Assembly: GCA_043228905.1 (NCBI GenBank) | Contig: JBHGNT010000010.1 | Coordinates: forward strand, 21,452,001 to 21,516,000 | Direction of reading: 5' to 3' | Length of the DNA stretch: 64,000 nucleotides | From: Azolla caroliniana | Taxonomy: Eukaryota; Plantae; Polypodiophyta | Shown: piece after piece, positions 43,050-56,084 of the stretch | Numbering within the stretch: the stretch's first letter is position 1 | Layout: each line of letters begins with the position of its first letter | The notes under the pieces: generated by a model | The model's input: only the letters and a program-made list of their open reading frames with translations | The model's database searches: none | Told to the model about the DNA's origin: nothing | Program-made: the position numbers and the translations under genes

Positions 43050-43822
43050 AGATGTACTGCATGTGGACAGTTATAAAGCGTTTCCCATTGTTTATGGGAA
43101 TTTCATGAGGCAACGACTGTATGGGGAAGAGCATTACGATTGCGATGACATGCCTCTAGCTCATTTACTCTCAAATGGGGACATGCCTATTGGAATTGTA
43201 TTGATGATGATGTTAAGAAATTTGATAGCACATGCAAAGCAATGTACAGAGGGGAGAATGGAACTATTTGATTGATCATTAATAATAGGGCACCTACAGT
43301 TAGTTCCCAGAAGCAAAAAATTGGAGATCTATGGATGTTGCTTGCACCCATTATCATATGGAGCATATGGACAACAAGATGTACCACTGTATTTTTAGCA
43401 AACAAACAGCCTCCATCAGAATCTATTAAGCTAATATGGCACACATTAATAACCACATTGAGGGCCCAATATGAGCGGATTGATGGAATAGATGATGCTT
43501 CAGAACTAATGAGGCTGAATTTCAGAAAATGATGGTGTACTACACCAATGGCTGCAGAGACTAGAGTGGATATACGTTGGCAGTACGTAGTACGTAGATG
43601 GTTGTTCCCCCCCTCCCATTAGATGAAAGAGGGGGTGTGAATGACATCAAAGATATAGAGAACAAACATGTGGGCTATTGAGTGTAAGATAAATAAGTGA
43701 TGTCACCCATATGGAAGTAGGTAATGACTACCCGATAAAGGGACTAAAGTTGTGTATTGAATGTCATTTTAACTAATGGAGTATATTCTTATTTGGAATA
43801 TATATATATATATATATATATA
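43050..43822 (+). mobile_element. Short 5'-truncated LINE 3' remnant ending in (TA)n
   Basis: LWMLLAPIIIWSIWTTRC...IWHTLITTLRAQYE...RWLFPP parallels the C-terminus of the LINE at 44306-49260. The 5' boundary is approximate. Confidence 0.7.
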
Positions 43823-44305
43823 GGTCCTCAGAGAATAGGAACAATTTTACCATGCATGATACTTCATTATGGGAATATTCCTTTATTTTTGTTTTCTAAT
43901 TAATGTGTAAATATTCAAGCCCACTATTTGTAGCTCTTTGTTATAGCTTAAATTTTTGTTTCATAATGTTATGCATACATCAATTATTTTGTTCTAAGCA
44001 TGACCATTTTTGTGATGCTCAATATATGTGATTTATTTAAATGTATACATACCTTAAACGTAGAAGCTTTTTATTACATCTTCAAACCCTCAATGCACTC
44101 TTCACTCACACTCATTCAATATTTTCTAACCAAATCAATTGCACATATACATGTATGTATTTTTTTCTTTGATTGTCACTATTCTCATTCGATGAAAATT
44201 CTAAATCTATTTTACATGATGGTATTGAAAACAAACAAAAAGAAAAGATCATTGCTTGGAAAGCTCACAATGGTGAAGGACCAATTTATAAAATCCAATT
44301 GACAT

Positions 44306-47300
44306 GGTACTCCCAAGGAAAGAATTCATGTTTGGAATAGAGCACACATGGTTCTCATCAATAGTGACTCTATTAGACCGGAGATCGGTTGCTCCTTCGA
44401 ATTGGAGCCTAATATGGAAGATGGAAGGGGAGAAGAATCCGCTTTGAAGACGTTTTGTAACAAGGCAACAGTGTGTATGCGATACCTTATATCTGAAAAT
44501 GAAGCTAAGGAGCTGCATGCACAATGGAAGAGCTCCTTGATACATGGGGAGATTCTTGAACTTGGTCCAAATGTTCCCTTGGTTTGCATATGGAGGGTGC
44601 ACAATCTTATGCTAAATCCTGGTCAGTTCCACTTCCAGTGTGGTGAATTACCTACTAATAAAAAAAGGGAAATAAGAATGGAGTGGAAAAACATATGGAG
44701 TATGATGACGACATATTTGTCGAGCAAGGGTGAATCCCCCTTGGCCCTTCTTTTGAACCCAAGTCAATGAGACTTTTCTCTTGGAATGTGTAGGGACTTG
44801 GTGGGTTCCATCATCTGCTTGAGAAGCGAATTTTTAGGAAGGAATTTGAAGTTGTTAGTTTATGTAGGAAGATTGATATTTTGCTCTTACAAGAGCATCA
44901 CCTTGGCCGGGAAAGGACAGAACTGTTCAAAGACCCGTTGCCCGGGGATTGGCACACATGGTGGGCTCCAGCTCACGGCGTGCTAGAGAGGAGAGGTGGA
45001 GTCTATATTTCGGTGAGAAAATCACCGGATATTGCCATTTTGGACCATGGCATACTGATAGAAGGAAGGGTCATGTTCTGTTATCTAGAATGGAGGAATG
45101 TGAAATTTGGGGTGCTGAATGTCTATGCACCAAATAGTAGCAGTGAGAGGACCTCTTTTTGGAGCGAGTTGGCAAACAAAATTCCCTCTTATGACAACTG
45201 GATAGTAGTAGGAGATTTCAACATGACTAAGAGGACCAATGATTGTCTAGGGGCTCACTCGAACTTATTACAAGGAGTGGAGCTTAGAGCATGGGGTTTC
45301 CTAATTGTTATGCTTGGAATAAGAGATTCTTGGTATTCTAGTATGGTGGTTGAGGAGAACTCCTTGCAGTTTTCACGTTTTGGTTGGAAGGAGAGTGAAG
45401 GATGTCATTCTAGATTGGACCATATCTATGTGAGCCCCAAAATTGAGGATTGGAGTGGTTGCACATCCATTCTAGCTGACTTTACCTACTCCGATCACCT
45501 TCTAGTCTCCTTGACTCTTGATCCTATTCATAAGAAGAAGAGTGAGTGCAATTTGAGGATTCCCTCGAAGATTTTTGGTATCTATAAGGTTAAGGAAGAA
45601 GTGATTAACGTTTGGTCAACATCTCCATCATCCGACGACCTGTTACAAGTACTAGAGGAAAAGATTATTAATTCTTCACATGCTCTTCAGAAAGCGGCTA
45701 GAGAGGAGCTAGTAAGGTGTCGTTCCCAACTACAACGCCTGAGGAAGGCATCCACCTCAGCTCAAAAGCTTACGCAAGTGGACGCTCACTATTCTTGGGC
45801 AAAAGATAGACTGCAAGAAGCCACAAGGGTGCTGTAGGAGATTAGGCAGCAAAGGGAACAATTCCTCTTCAGAAAGGCAGCAACACAGTGGGCTGTCAAG
45901 GGAGATAAAGTTAATAGTGAGTTTTTTCTCACCAAGGCTCCAAAACTGAAGGGAAAGCCTATTCTAAGTCTTAAGAGAGAGGATGATTCGGTGACAACTG
46001 ACCAAGATGAAATCTTGCAAATGGCAACGAAGTATTGTAGAGACCTTTTAGCTCCAACATTGATAGAAGCCCCACCGATTCACTTGATGCAACATGTTGT
46101 TGCATGCTTGAAGACCAAGATTGGAGAGGTAGCCAAATTGCAGTTGTCAAAGACCATAGAGAAGGAAGAGATTGTAGCGGGGCTAGACAGGATTCATAGC
46201 AGGGCTTGCCCTAGAGTTGATGGCCTTCCCAAAGCCTTCTTCGTGGAATTTTGGGAGCATATTTTTCCTAGTTTGGAAGCTGGATTCCAAGAAATGTGGA
46301 GAACGGGAAGGATGTTGAGCAGATTCAATGAAGGATTGATATACCTGATTCCTAAATCAGAGAAGGTGTCGAACGAGATTAGATAATGGAGGCCCATCAC
46401 CATTTAAAACCTCATTTATAAAAAAATTGCTAACATACTAGTGTAGCGAGTCAAGCCCTTTCTAGGAGATATCATCCAGACCAATCAAACTGGTTTCATG
46501 GAGCATCGATCTATTATGGACAATGTGATATTGTTTTGGGAGGCTGTTGCGACATCAAGGGAGACCAAGCAAAACTTAGCTTGTCTGCTGCTTGACTTCG
46601 AGAAAGCCTATGATCGAGTGCAATGGTATTTCCTTGAAGAAGTAATGAAGGTGATTGAGCTACTGTGGGAATGGGGACGTGCTGCTCAAGCCCTTTATAA
46701 GAATGGATCAAGTAAGGTGTTGATTGCAGGGAGGAAAGGAGCTACAATCTCTTTAACTAGATCCATTAGGCAAGGTTGTCCTCTCGCCCCCTTTCTATTC
46801 CTCTTTATTACTGAAGCAATATCTGCCTTTTTGAATAGCCAAACCGCAAATTTACATGGTCTTTCAATCCCTAACACAAGGAAGTCCTTGCTCGACTCGG
46901 AGTTTGCGGATGATACGATGTTATACCTCCAAGGTAATGAAGCAAATCTAGGGAGGGCACAAATTGCTATTGATCTTTTTTGCAAAGCATCGGGAGCCGC
47001 CATCAATTGGAATAAGTCCAAGGGTTTTTGGATTAGCTCGGAGGCCGAGCCAATATGGAAACCAAATGCTGATTTCAGATGGATTGCAAAAGGGGAAGGC
47101 ATTAGATATCTGGGAATGTGGATTGGTGTAGATATTGACAAAATAATTCAGTTACGACAAATTCAAAGTAAAATTTGCAACAAAATTTGTATCTAGTCAA
47201 GGATGAATTTATCATTAGTTGGCAGGATCATAGTAGCTAACCATGTGCTCTTGTCTACTATGTGGCACGCGGTCTCAGTGTGTATGTTTGACAAGCATGC

Positions 47301-49260
47301 TATTCGTATTGTTAAAGCGTGTATTAGGGGCTTTCTTTGGGCTGGGAATAGGAAAGACAACACGGCAGCTAAAGTATCATGGTCTACGTTGATTCTTCCC
47401 AAAAGTAAGGGGGGTCTAGGATTGATAGACCCTAGAGTACAAAGTCAATCATTGCTATGTAAGGTATTGGTAAGGAGCTTGCTGCCCGGAAATGAGTTAT
47501 GGAAAACATTGATTTTTAATAGGAGCATCCTTTGGAGTCCACGACTTGGTGGACAGTGGATGCCACATAAATCATGGCTCTTTTGTATGGACTTAAAGCT
47601 TGGGAAATCTAATCGATTGGCTGATCGCACTTGTATTTCAGTGATGAAGGCGTGGGATATGCTCCGTGGGTATCTTAGGCGTATAGGTCCAAGTACTAAT
47701 GCTGAATGGATGCACCAACCCCTCTTGTGGAACGAGACCTTAAAGTCGACCGAGGGGAAGATGCTTGGCCAGCACAAGGGTATGCCGTAGGCTATATTGC
47801 ACGGTATTGGCATTCAGTCAATGGCAAATTGGATGTAGTTGTCCCCTAGTAATCGGGATAAATTATATGAAGATGCGAGAAAGTTCAGAAATGGTAGGAA
47901 GATGCTTGATCTAGTCAATAAAGTTGTTTACTCTATTCCGATTAGTAATGGGGACGAGGGTGAATGGTTTGGACAATGTGATGATGCCGGAAAAGTTATC
48001 AATGCCAAGGGTATAGGAAAGAATGGGAAGATCATCCAGTTGGGATTTGTAGTTGCAAGTGCTCGTTGGTCCCCGAATTGTGGCACAAGACGGTAAGAAA
48101 TGGAAGGTGAATCCATCAGTCGATGAGGTTGAGGAGGATTGGATCTGGTATGTAGTTTTGAAGGCAAGCCACTTGAGTGTTTGGAATGGAATCTTGCAAA
48201 ATATGTGTGGAGGGACGAACAAGGTAAATCACATGGTTTCTCTGACTTCTCAACTCGCTTGGGTATGCTTGCATCCTGAGAAGTGTGCCAACAAATGGAC
48301 CCATGTAGCTGTTGATTCGGTCTTTGTAGATAAAACCAGGAGCATGATATGGAACTCTTCCCTCCCCGAGAGGGTCAAGGTGTTTTTTTGGCTAATCACC
48401 CATCAGGCTATTCCAACCGGAGAGTGGCTGGGGAAAAGGGGTGGCATGAGTAACTGCAAGGCCTGTGGAGCGAGTTTGGAGGACATCGCACATTGTTTAT
48501 GGAGCTGCCCGCGAGCCCAAGAAGTTTGGAAGAGGAGATTAAGAATTCTGGCTTGATGCGGGGTTGAAGTTTAGGTATCAAGTGCATTCGTTGTTTGGTT
48601 AGCTACTGACTCGGCTGCATGGTTTCATGGGTGGAATGGAAATAACCCTACTTTAAAGGTGGCGAATGGTACAATTCAGCCTGCAGCTCAAGGAGATTCA
48701 TTCTTCATACAGGACCGATACGTTGATGTTTGGATTTTAGTGGTTGGCCTTACTGTTTGGCAAGTATGGGTATCAAGGTGTAAGGAGTCTTTTACCAGGA
48801 AGTGAACCCAATCGGCTTAGAGTTTAATGATGATTTGGTTTAATCTTATTTCTATGCTACGAGGTAAGTTTGATAGCCTTCAAGGGCCCTCTGATGTGAG
48901 TGAAGAAGCTAGGTACCGCTTCCTTCTAAAATGGAGAGGTTCCCCGATGTTACAAATGGTGGATGGCAATGCAAAGTGGATATATCAGCCTCCCCGGTGG
49001 TTGTTCCCTCCTAGGGTACCAAACATAGAGGTAGGTGCTGAATTGTGAAGTGATTGGCGGGTGTATTTGCTAAATGTGGGTGTGTGAGGTTCATGTTGAT
49101 GGGCGTCTGTCGAGTTATTATGTGATGAGGCTTAGTTGCTTCATTTATACATGATGTTTTGTTGTAGCCATTGCAAAGTGGCTTGTAACATATGAGTTGT
49201 ATATTATTACATGTACTTTTTCTTAACTAATGGAAGTAGAATTTTTTTTGGAAAAATAAA
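44306..49260 (+). mobile_element. L1-type LINE, 5'-truncated and inactivated; ORF1 C-terminus (to 44770) and ORF2 (EN-RT-zinc finger, from 44767)
   Basis: 18-bp TSD ATAAAATCCAATTGACAT at 44288-44305 and 49261-49278. Endonuclease motifs SWNV, LQE, NVYAPN, VGDFN, SRLDH, SDH. RT motifs LDFEKAYDRV, RQGCPLAP, FADD, YLG. Zinc finger CKAC...HCLWSC. Multiple stops and frameshifts. Confidence 0.93.
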
Positions 49261-49545
49261 ATAAAATCCAATTGACATAAATTTCAAATTTGTAGGTCTA
49301 TAAATCTCTATATATGTATCTACAAAAATGTCCCTAGTGGTACAAGCAACATGGCATGCCTCCAAAATGGAACCAATAACAACGTGCTTTTACACATCCG
49401 ATAATAATTTAGATTAAATTATTATCTCCATTAAAACTTCATTCTCCTTCTTTTATGAAGTTGTGCTATTAATGTGAAATGGATAACATTTCCATTATAT
49501 TTATCAAGTGAGGCCATCACATTCACAATTAGTTTGTCTAGCACA

Positions 49546-49771
49546 TTTTATACTCATTTAGTGACCTCTTAAGCATGTGAAATATGAGGGAGAAGATGTT
49601 GCATTTGCATTGCATCCATCTAGTTATAGATCTCAATGAATCTTACCAATTGTGTATCAAATTTTATACTCCTTTATTGACCTCTTAACCATGTGAAATA
49701 TGAGGGAGAAGGTGTTGCATTTGCATTGCATCCATCTAGTTGTAGATCTCAATGAATCTTACCAATTGTGT
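49546..49771. repeat. ~116-bp tandem duplication
   Basis: GACCTCTTAA.CATGTGAAATATGAGGG at 49563 and 49679. Confidence 0.85.
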
Positions 49772-52700
49772 ACACATATGTATTAGTGTTTCTTATTGCT
49801 TTTAATGGGGGGACATCAGAATATGCACTAAACCTGCATAATTTGAGAATATGATTCAATGATGAAGAACCCAAATATTATTCCCTAAAGTAACCTAAAT
49901 ATGTTAGCGTTTAAATGCAATTCAACATATAGCAAGATTATCTCATTGGAGTCAATTTTTTTGTCACATATTTAAATGTTATTCAACATTAAAATTGCTC
50001 AAAAGTTTTTGTCGTTGAAAGAAAAAAGTCGTGGAACACGCTTAAAAATTTATCATCCGCAAACATTACAATTAGCTATGAGAGGTAATAATGATTACAA
50101 TAATACTTCTTTTTAATGAAAAGAGATTTAAGGATATTTAACTTTCTAAGTTTTGATCAATTATAAATAAAAGTTCGATGAGCATTGAGTACTCAACCAC
50201 ATAACTCTAAATTTGCGATTATTAATGATGTGATCACGTTAACCATATTTCCATATAGAGTGGTATTGAAAACTTAAAATGGAGAATTGTGGCATTAAGG
50301 TTAATATGCATACATAAATCTAATGAATTTGCATTTGTTTGGTATTGATTGTTTACATTCTAAAAACTTAAGCTATTTCATATATCCATGTACCAATAGT
50401 AGCCTACAAAAATAATAACCTAGAGATCCAATTTTCTTTCCCTTGAATGGGTACTATTGCTGCTACATATGTGTATTTTATTGGTACTATCATCTACTCT
50501 TTCTAGGATTAATGTTAATGCATCATATAATAGCCCTAATAGGATATTTGGATGATCACATGTATATACATGCACTAAATATATAACTACATGTTGGTAT
50601 GGAAAATTGTATCAACGATATTGTTTTAAATTCTCAAGTGCAATAATCATTAGTGCTTTGACGATATTATCAACATAACCTCAAAATCTTCTAAAATAGC
50701 CACAAATCTAATGATGTTTTATAAACTTTGTTAACCTCATATGTTGTGACTTTATCCAACATGCCAATAGATCATGGGATGCACGTCCTTTCCGTGAGTT
50801 CACATTTGATAATTTTCTCTCCCATCTCTCGTGTATTTTTTTGACAAGTACAAACTCTAAAATTCATGTGATATTTTTTCTTGAAAGCCACACTTTGTAT
50901 ACAATTTATACATTTTAAAACGTAGATATATATGGTGCACTCAATCACATGAAGCAAAAAGGGCAAGATCAAAGTTCTTGCTAAAATGGGGTGGTTCTCC
51001 CATCATGGTCAAATCTTCGACCAGGACTAAGTGGAACTACCAAGCGCCTAGTTGGTTGTTTCAGCCGACAACTCCCAATATTGTACATGGGATATAAATA
51101 TGTATGTATAGTTGGAGCACAAGTGGGTTAGCATAGTCATGTTACCCAAATATCTTTGTTATAAAAGAGTTCGTTGGGATAAGTAGTGAGTCGAGACGGG
51201 GTAAAACGGGCTTTATTTCAATTTTGTTGGAGATAGGGGCAACATGAGTTTGTGTTGTTTTCTTACTAGTTCTAGAGTTGTTCCTCTGGGTTGTATATTC
51301 AGATCCTGTTTGTGGATTTGGGTTGAAATCTATTGTATTATGTTTGCTAACTAATGTGAATTAGTGATATTTGGGGAAAAAAAGATATATATGGTTCACC
51401 AAGCATCTACAGGGTTCTCAAAAGCTAAAGAGGTTTGCATTTTTGTGCTTAGTTTATGTTGTGATGATGATCCAATTGCACACCAACACCCATTCATGTG
51501 TAAGAGAACATTGTCGTCAAATTTGGCAAAAGTTCATTTCACATTATAAGCTTTGCCACCGCATCCAATATATGAAAAACAACATTTGTGAAAAACCCAA
51601 TCCAAGTTCAAGTGGACAACTAGTTTACAATGCAATTGATTACCCTCATTTCCATTCACTCTACAACTTGATGAGCTTTATACATTATACATACATGTCC
51701 TAAATATTTTGGCATAGATATAACCATAATTGAAAATCTGGTTATTTGGCGTACTATTATGTCATTGGCTCTTTGGATGATATGGAAAGCGAGATGTGAT
51801 GTTGTTTTTAACAATGCTCACATGCATCTCCGCACCATGCTTATTGAATTCCGGATGTTATTTGTCCACACAATACGTGTTCAATATGATGATATGTAGG
51901 GTTCGATTGATGTTCTAGGGCAACGTCAAGTACCTTTTAAGAAACAATGGCAAGGGCTTCACTTATTTTCGGATACAACTTCTGGTCTGAGGTGGAATTA
52001 TACCATACCTTAATTTTGTTGCATAGCTCGTGGTTATTGCCACTTGTTTCATATATAACATCACCTGTTTGATAATATGCTTATACTAGCCTTTGTATCG
52101 CAATAGAAGCGAGATGAAATATCTCCTTTTGTTTTCTCTATGCACAATACTAACCTTTGTATCACAATAGAAGTGAGATGAAATGTCTCCTTCTTATTTC
52201 TCTATGTACCGTTCTCAAAGTAATACTAAGGTGCATCTTTCTTTAAAATAAAAATAAAAATAAAAATAAAACCATGTTTTCACCATTGGGGACAAGACCT
52301 TTTGGTGTTGGGACCCTGGGTTGTTTAAGTGTTGGTTCTAGGGCACCTATCTTGGCATATTGTTGCTTGTTGAACTCAAGTTCGCGTTAGCTAACCACCT
52401 ACCAAACTTGACATGCTTTCATCTTGGGACTTTGCCTTCCTTGCACTCTTCTTAAAGTTGTTGCATGAGAAATAAGTCTCCCCTTTTGTGTTGGCCAAAG
52501 TGATGATAATTACTTTCAACTTTCAAAGATGCACAATAGTCTCAAAATACTCTTTCAATTACATAAGTTCCTTTAACAAGAAAGTTGTGGCCATTGAGAA
52601 ATGGAATTCAAAAGAGTTTCTTCATATTTCTCAATGGCAATCGAAAGGATACACCTTGTGACTTAAGGACAACAACATACACTATGAAATGAACCTAATG

Positions 52701-55700
52701 ACAATACATAGTGACATAAACCCACCTCTTAAATTGTTGAACATGGAAAATTCACATTATTAATGTAATAAAAGTTAGTTGTGATGTTAGATGAAATTAC
52801 AAGACTTGGATGCGTAATAGATAGGCCATTCATTGAAGCCTTCAATGTGCACGATTAAGCTAAACATTATAAAATTTGGTTATAATTTTCATAAAAGGAT
52901 CGAACTAGATTTGCTTTCTCTTTTTTGAGGAAAAGTTTAGTATCACAATCATTGAACGTGCATATAATCGATGCCTTAGAATTTCGTGATGCTTTGTAGG
53001 GAAAAGAAACAACAAAACAATGTAACTTGTGCATTAGGATAATTGGATTATAATGACCATAATATTGTCAAGTATCAAATTGTTATACAATATATTCCTT
53101 ATTGACTCGGTTTGTTGGGAATTCTTTTTCTATTTAATTAAAAGCATAAGTATTTTTATATTTTTTCCATAGTCCATGATATTTTGATAGTCTAAAAAAC
53201 TAAGACAATATTCTAGTGTATATTGAGAAAGTTAAGGCTATTTTGTGTCATTTTCCTTAACTTATTCCATGCTCCCCTCATCCGATCTATTTATCATAGA
53301 GCGTTATCTCACATTATATCACGTACGACGTATGTGTGATTTAATTCAAGGACAACCAATGTCTATGTGGGTATTGTGGAGTGTTCAATAACTCTTGGTA
53401 CACATTAAATATATGTTCAAACTTGACAACATCTAGGGGGTGTTGAAACTAATATTTGTCATGAAAACGAATAGAAATTCCTTCCATGTGAATGCACATG
53501 TCTTCAATGCCATCAATCAAGGAACCCCAAGATGTACGTAAATTAGTACACAATATTTAAGGGAATGGTTATTTCCCGACGTATTTCTATGTGGTCAAAT
53601 ATTGCTTCGCCAAGGGTGTGTTTCACTTAGTTTCCTTCTCCTTGAGTGTGAGGTGTGTATTGTGCATCATATTTGCATTGCTCACCATGAGCAAGCATGT
53701 CATTAGTGTTCACTCTTTGTGATATGTGCAAAGTGTTTTAGTGGCAACCAAAAAAATCCTTGATTGGACAAGCTCGTGTAATTACAAAAATGTGTAAAAT
53801 ATATTTCTTGGTACAACCCTTTTCTAAATTGACGTCAATTCTAATTTATGCCATTCCCTTTTTCAATGAAAATGAAACTTAACAAGTTCTCGAAAATCAG
53901 GAACAAGTTCTCAATAAATGAAAAGATGGTAAAGTGGATAGACATTAATAGAATGTCTTTAGAAAAGGTGGCAATGTTCATCAATGATAACTTTTATTAG
54001 TTGACTCATCTCTGATTTCAGGATTCCAAACATGCATTTTGGAAAATCCTTTACTTTCGCAAACATTTACATGCCAACACCATCTTTTTCCATTGGACTA
54101 TAGTCTGGGCATTGCAAAGACATTCGGGATAACTCAAAATCACGTGTTCTTTCATCATATGACTATTGCTGAATTTCATTTCACGAAGCCCTATTGAAGA
54201 CAATCTCTTTATGATAGTCTCAAATTTGCAAGAATCCCTCCATGGATATTTCAGCTTTATTTTGAGTGCTTTTGAGCATTGAAAGTTTGTATACTCTTTA
54301 TTTTTAGTGGGGTTTTTACTTTGAATTGAGGTTTCCAATAACTAATATATGAAAAGTGGAAAAAAACATAATCATTGTATGCATTGGTTATGGAGAGAGA
54401 GGCGGAAGTGGATCCTGACATACACATTCCATCATGTTAGAAATCGCACACATTTATCCAATAGAAACATCAATTGCATTCCCGCATGTAGCTTCTAATG
54501 TGTTGGGTGTCATGTCTTTTGTCTGTTTGCACTTTTCTTAAACTCATTTCAATATGATAAATGCTATGAACCCTCCGAAGTGTGCTAGATAGTAGAAAGT
54601 TAGATTTCATTCATTTCAAATTTCAATTATTAGAAAGAAATACACAACCATTGTCCGAAGTTTTTAAATTGTATACTCTTGTAAAATGCATTGTGTCAAC
54701 TATATGGCATCCACATTTTGTTGGATTACTAGCATGATAAATAATTAACAATTGAATTACAACAAAAAGTCCATCAAATCTTAATTCACATATTTATATG
54801 CTTTTAACCATAGGATTATAGTATAGAAAGCATGGCTATGATAAAACGTGATACAAAAGCATGGCTAAGGGAGACACTCTAAACTTATGTCTTATTGAAT
54901 CCTCTAGACTATAGAGTGGATCCATACGTGAAATTTGAAATATTAAGGATTTGATTTTGCTTAAAGAATCAACGAGATAATAGAGAGGGGGAGGAAAAGT
55001 ATTAGAGACGGATCATATGACTAACATTCTTAGATTGCAGAAACCCAAATGTGTGTTGTGTGTATGAGAGAGAGTGATATATTAACATCTATTGGATGCT
55101 AAAGAGGCAAATCATGTCATCCATACTAAAACAAAAATAATAACTTCCAAGTTTCCTAAATCTTTATGTCCATTATCTAAATGAATGTGGTGAAGTAAAT
55201 TTTAGCATGAAGAGCATAGTTGATATATATGAGAGTATCAGTTATTTGACCATGTTGAAACAAGTTTACAATAAAGATTAAGATGTGTGTTTGGGGTGTA
55301 CTCATATGGATTGGACACATTGAACAACTATCTTCCATAATTTCGTGTTAGTATGCCCCCATATGCCTTATATATTGTATTCATTGTCTCCTTTGTCATC
55401 AACCTTCATTTGCTCATGCTATGGTGATTCTTCATAATGTTGTTATTGTAGGTAATGAGCTACGGAAGAAATAAATGATGTGCATTTGTCATTGCAATCC
55501 ACAAACTAATTATATAAAGGTTGATTCCTTATGATTTTGAAACTTGGAGTAACATTTTGGCCAATTTGTCGTGGGTCAACCTTCTCCATCATTTGTTGAA
55601 TGGTGTTGGAGCCATGTAGAGGGTACCATGATTGAAAGCCAAGTCGGGACACATGAAATTGTTCCTCGTTTTCAATCTCTCTTGCACATGATTTGCAAAA

Positions 55701-56084
55701 TCTTTCAACACTATGTGTGCAAAAAAATTTATTTGCCTCAGTATGTAGTTGGTGGATGAAATTTCTAAGTTGCCCTATGGCCTTGTCAGCATCGGGGGAC
55801 ACATAGACATCCACTGTACCTTGATCTCTTTGTGTGTCCATCCTAAAAAAAGGTCATGAAACGATCATTGTTGTTGAGAGATTAAGCTCAACTTAGTTTA
55901 GTTATTTAGTCAACCATGTAACTTCGTCGTTACCTAGATAGAATCTAGTGAGAAGTGTTGACTAGTTAGCCTTAATTAGGACCTTGTTCTTAAGTGGGAT
56001 ATTCTAGATCCTCCACTCCCAAGGTCATTTAATATAAGACATACACCTTAGTACTTATATTCTACTCACACATGTGCACCTTTG

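Noticed and set aside
52600-55850. Possible decayed DNA-transposon (hAT-like) coding remnants, e.g. VMLDEIT near 52781
   Set aside because: Only short motif-like scraps, with no TIRs or sustained frame. Needs tBLASTn/RepeatMasker.
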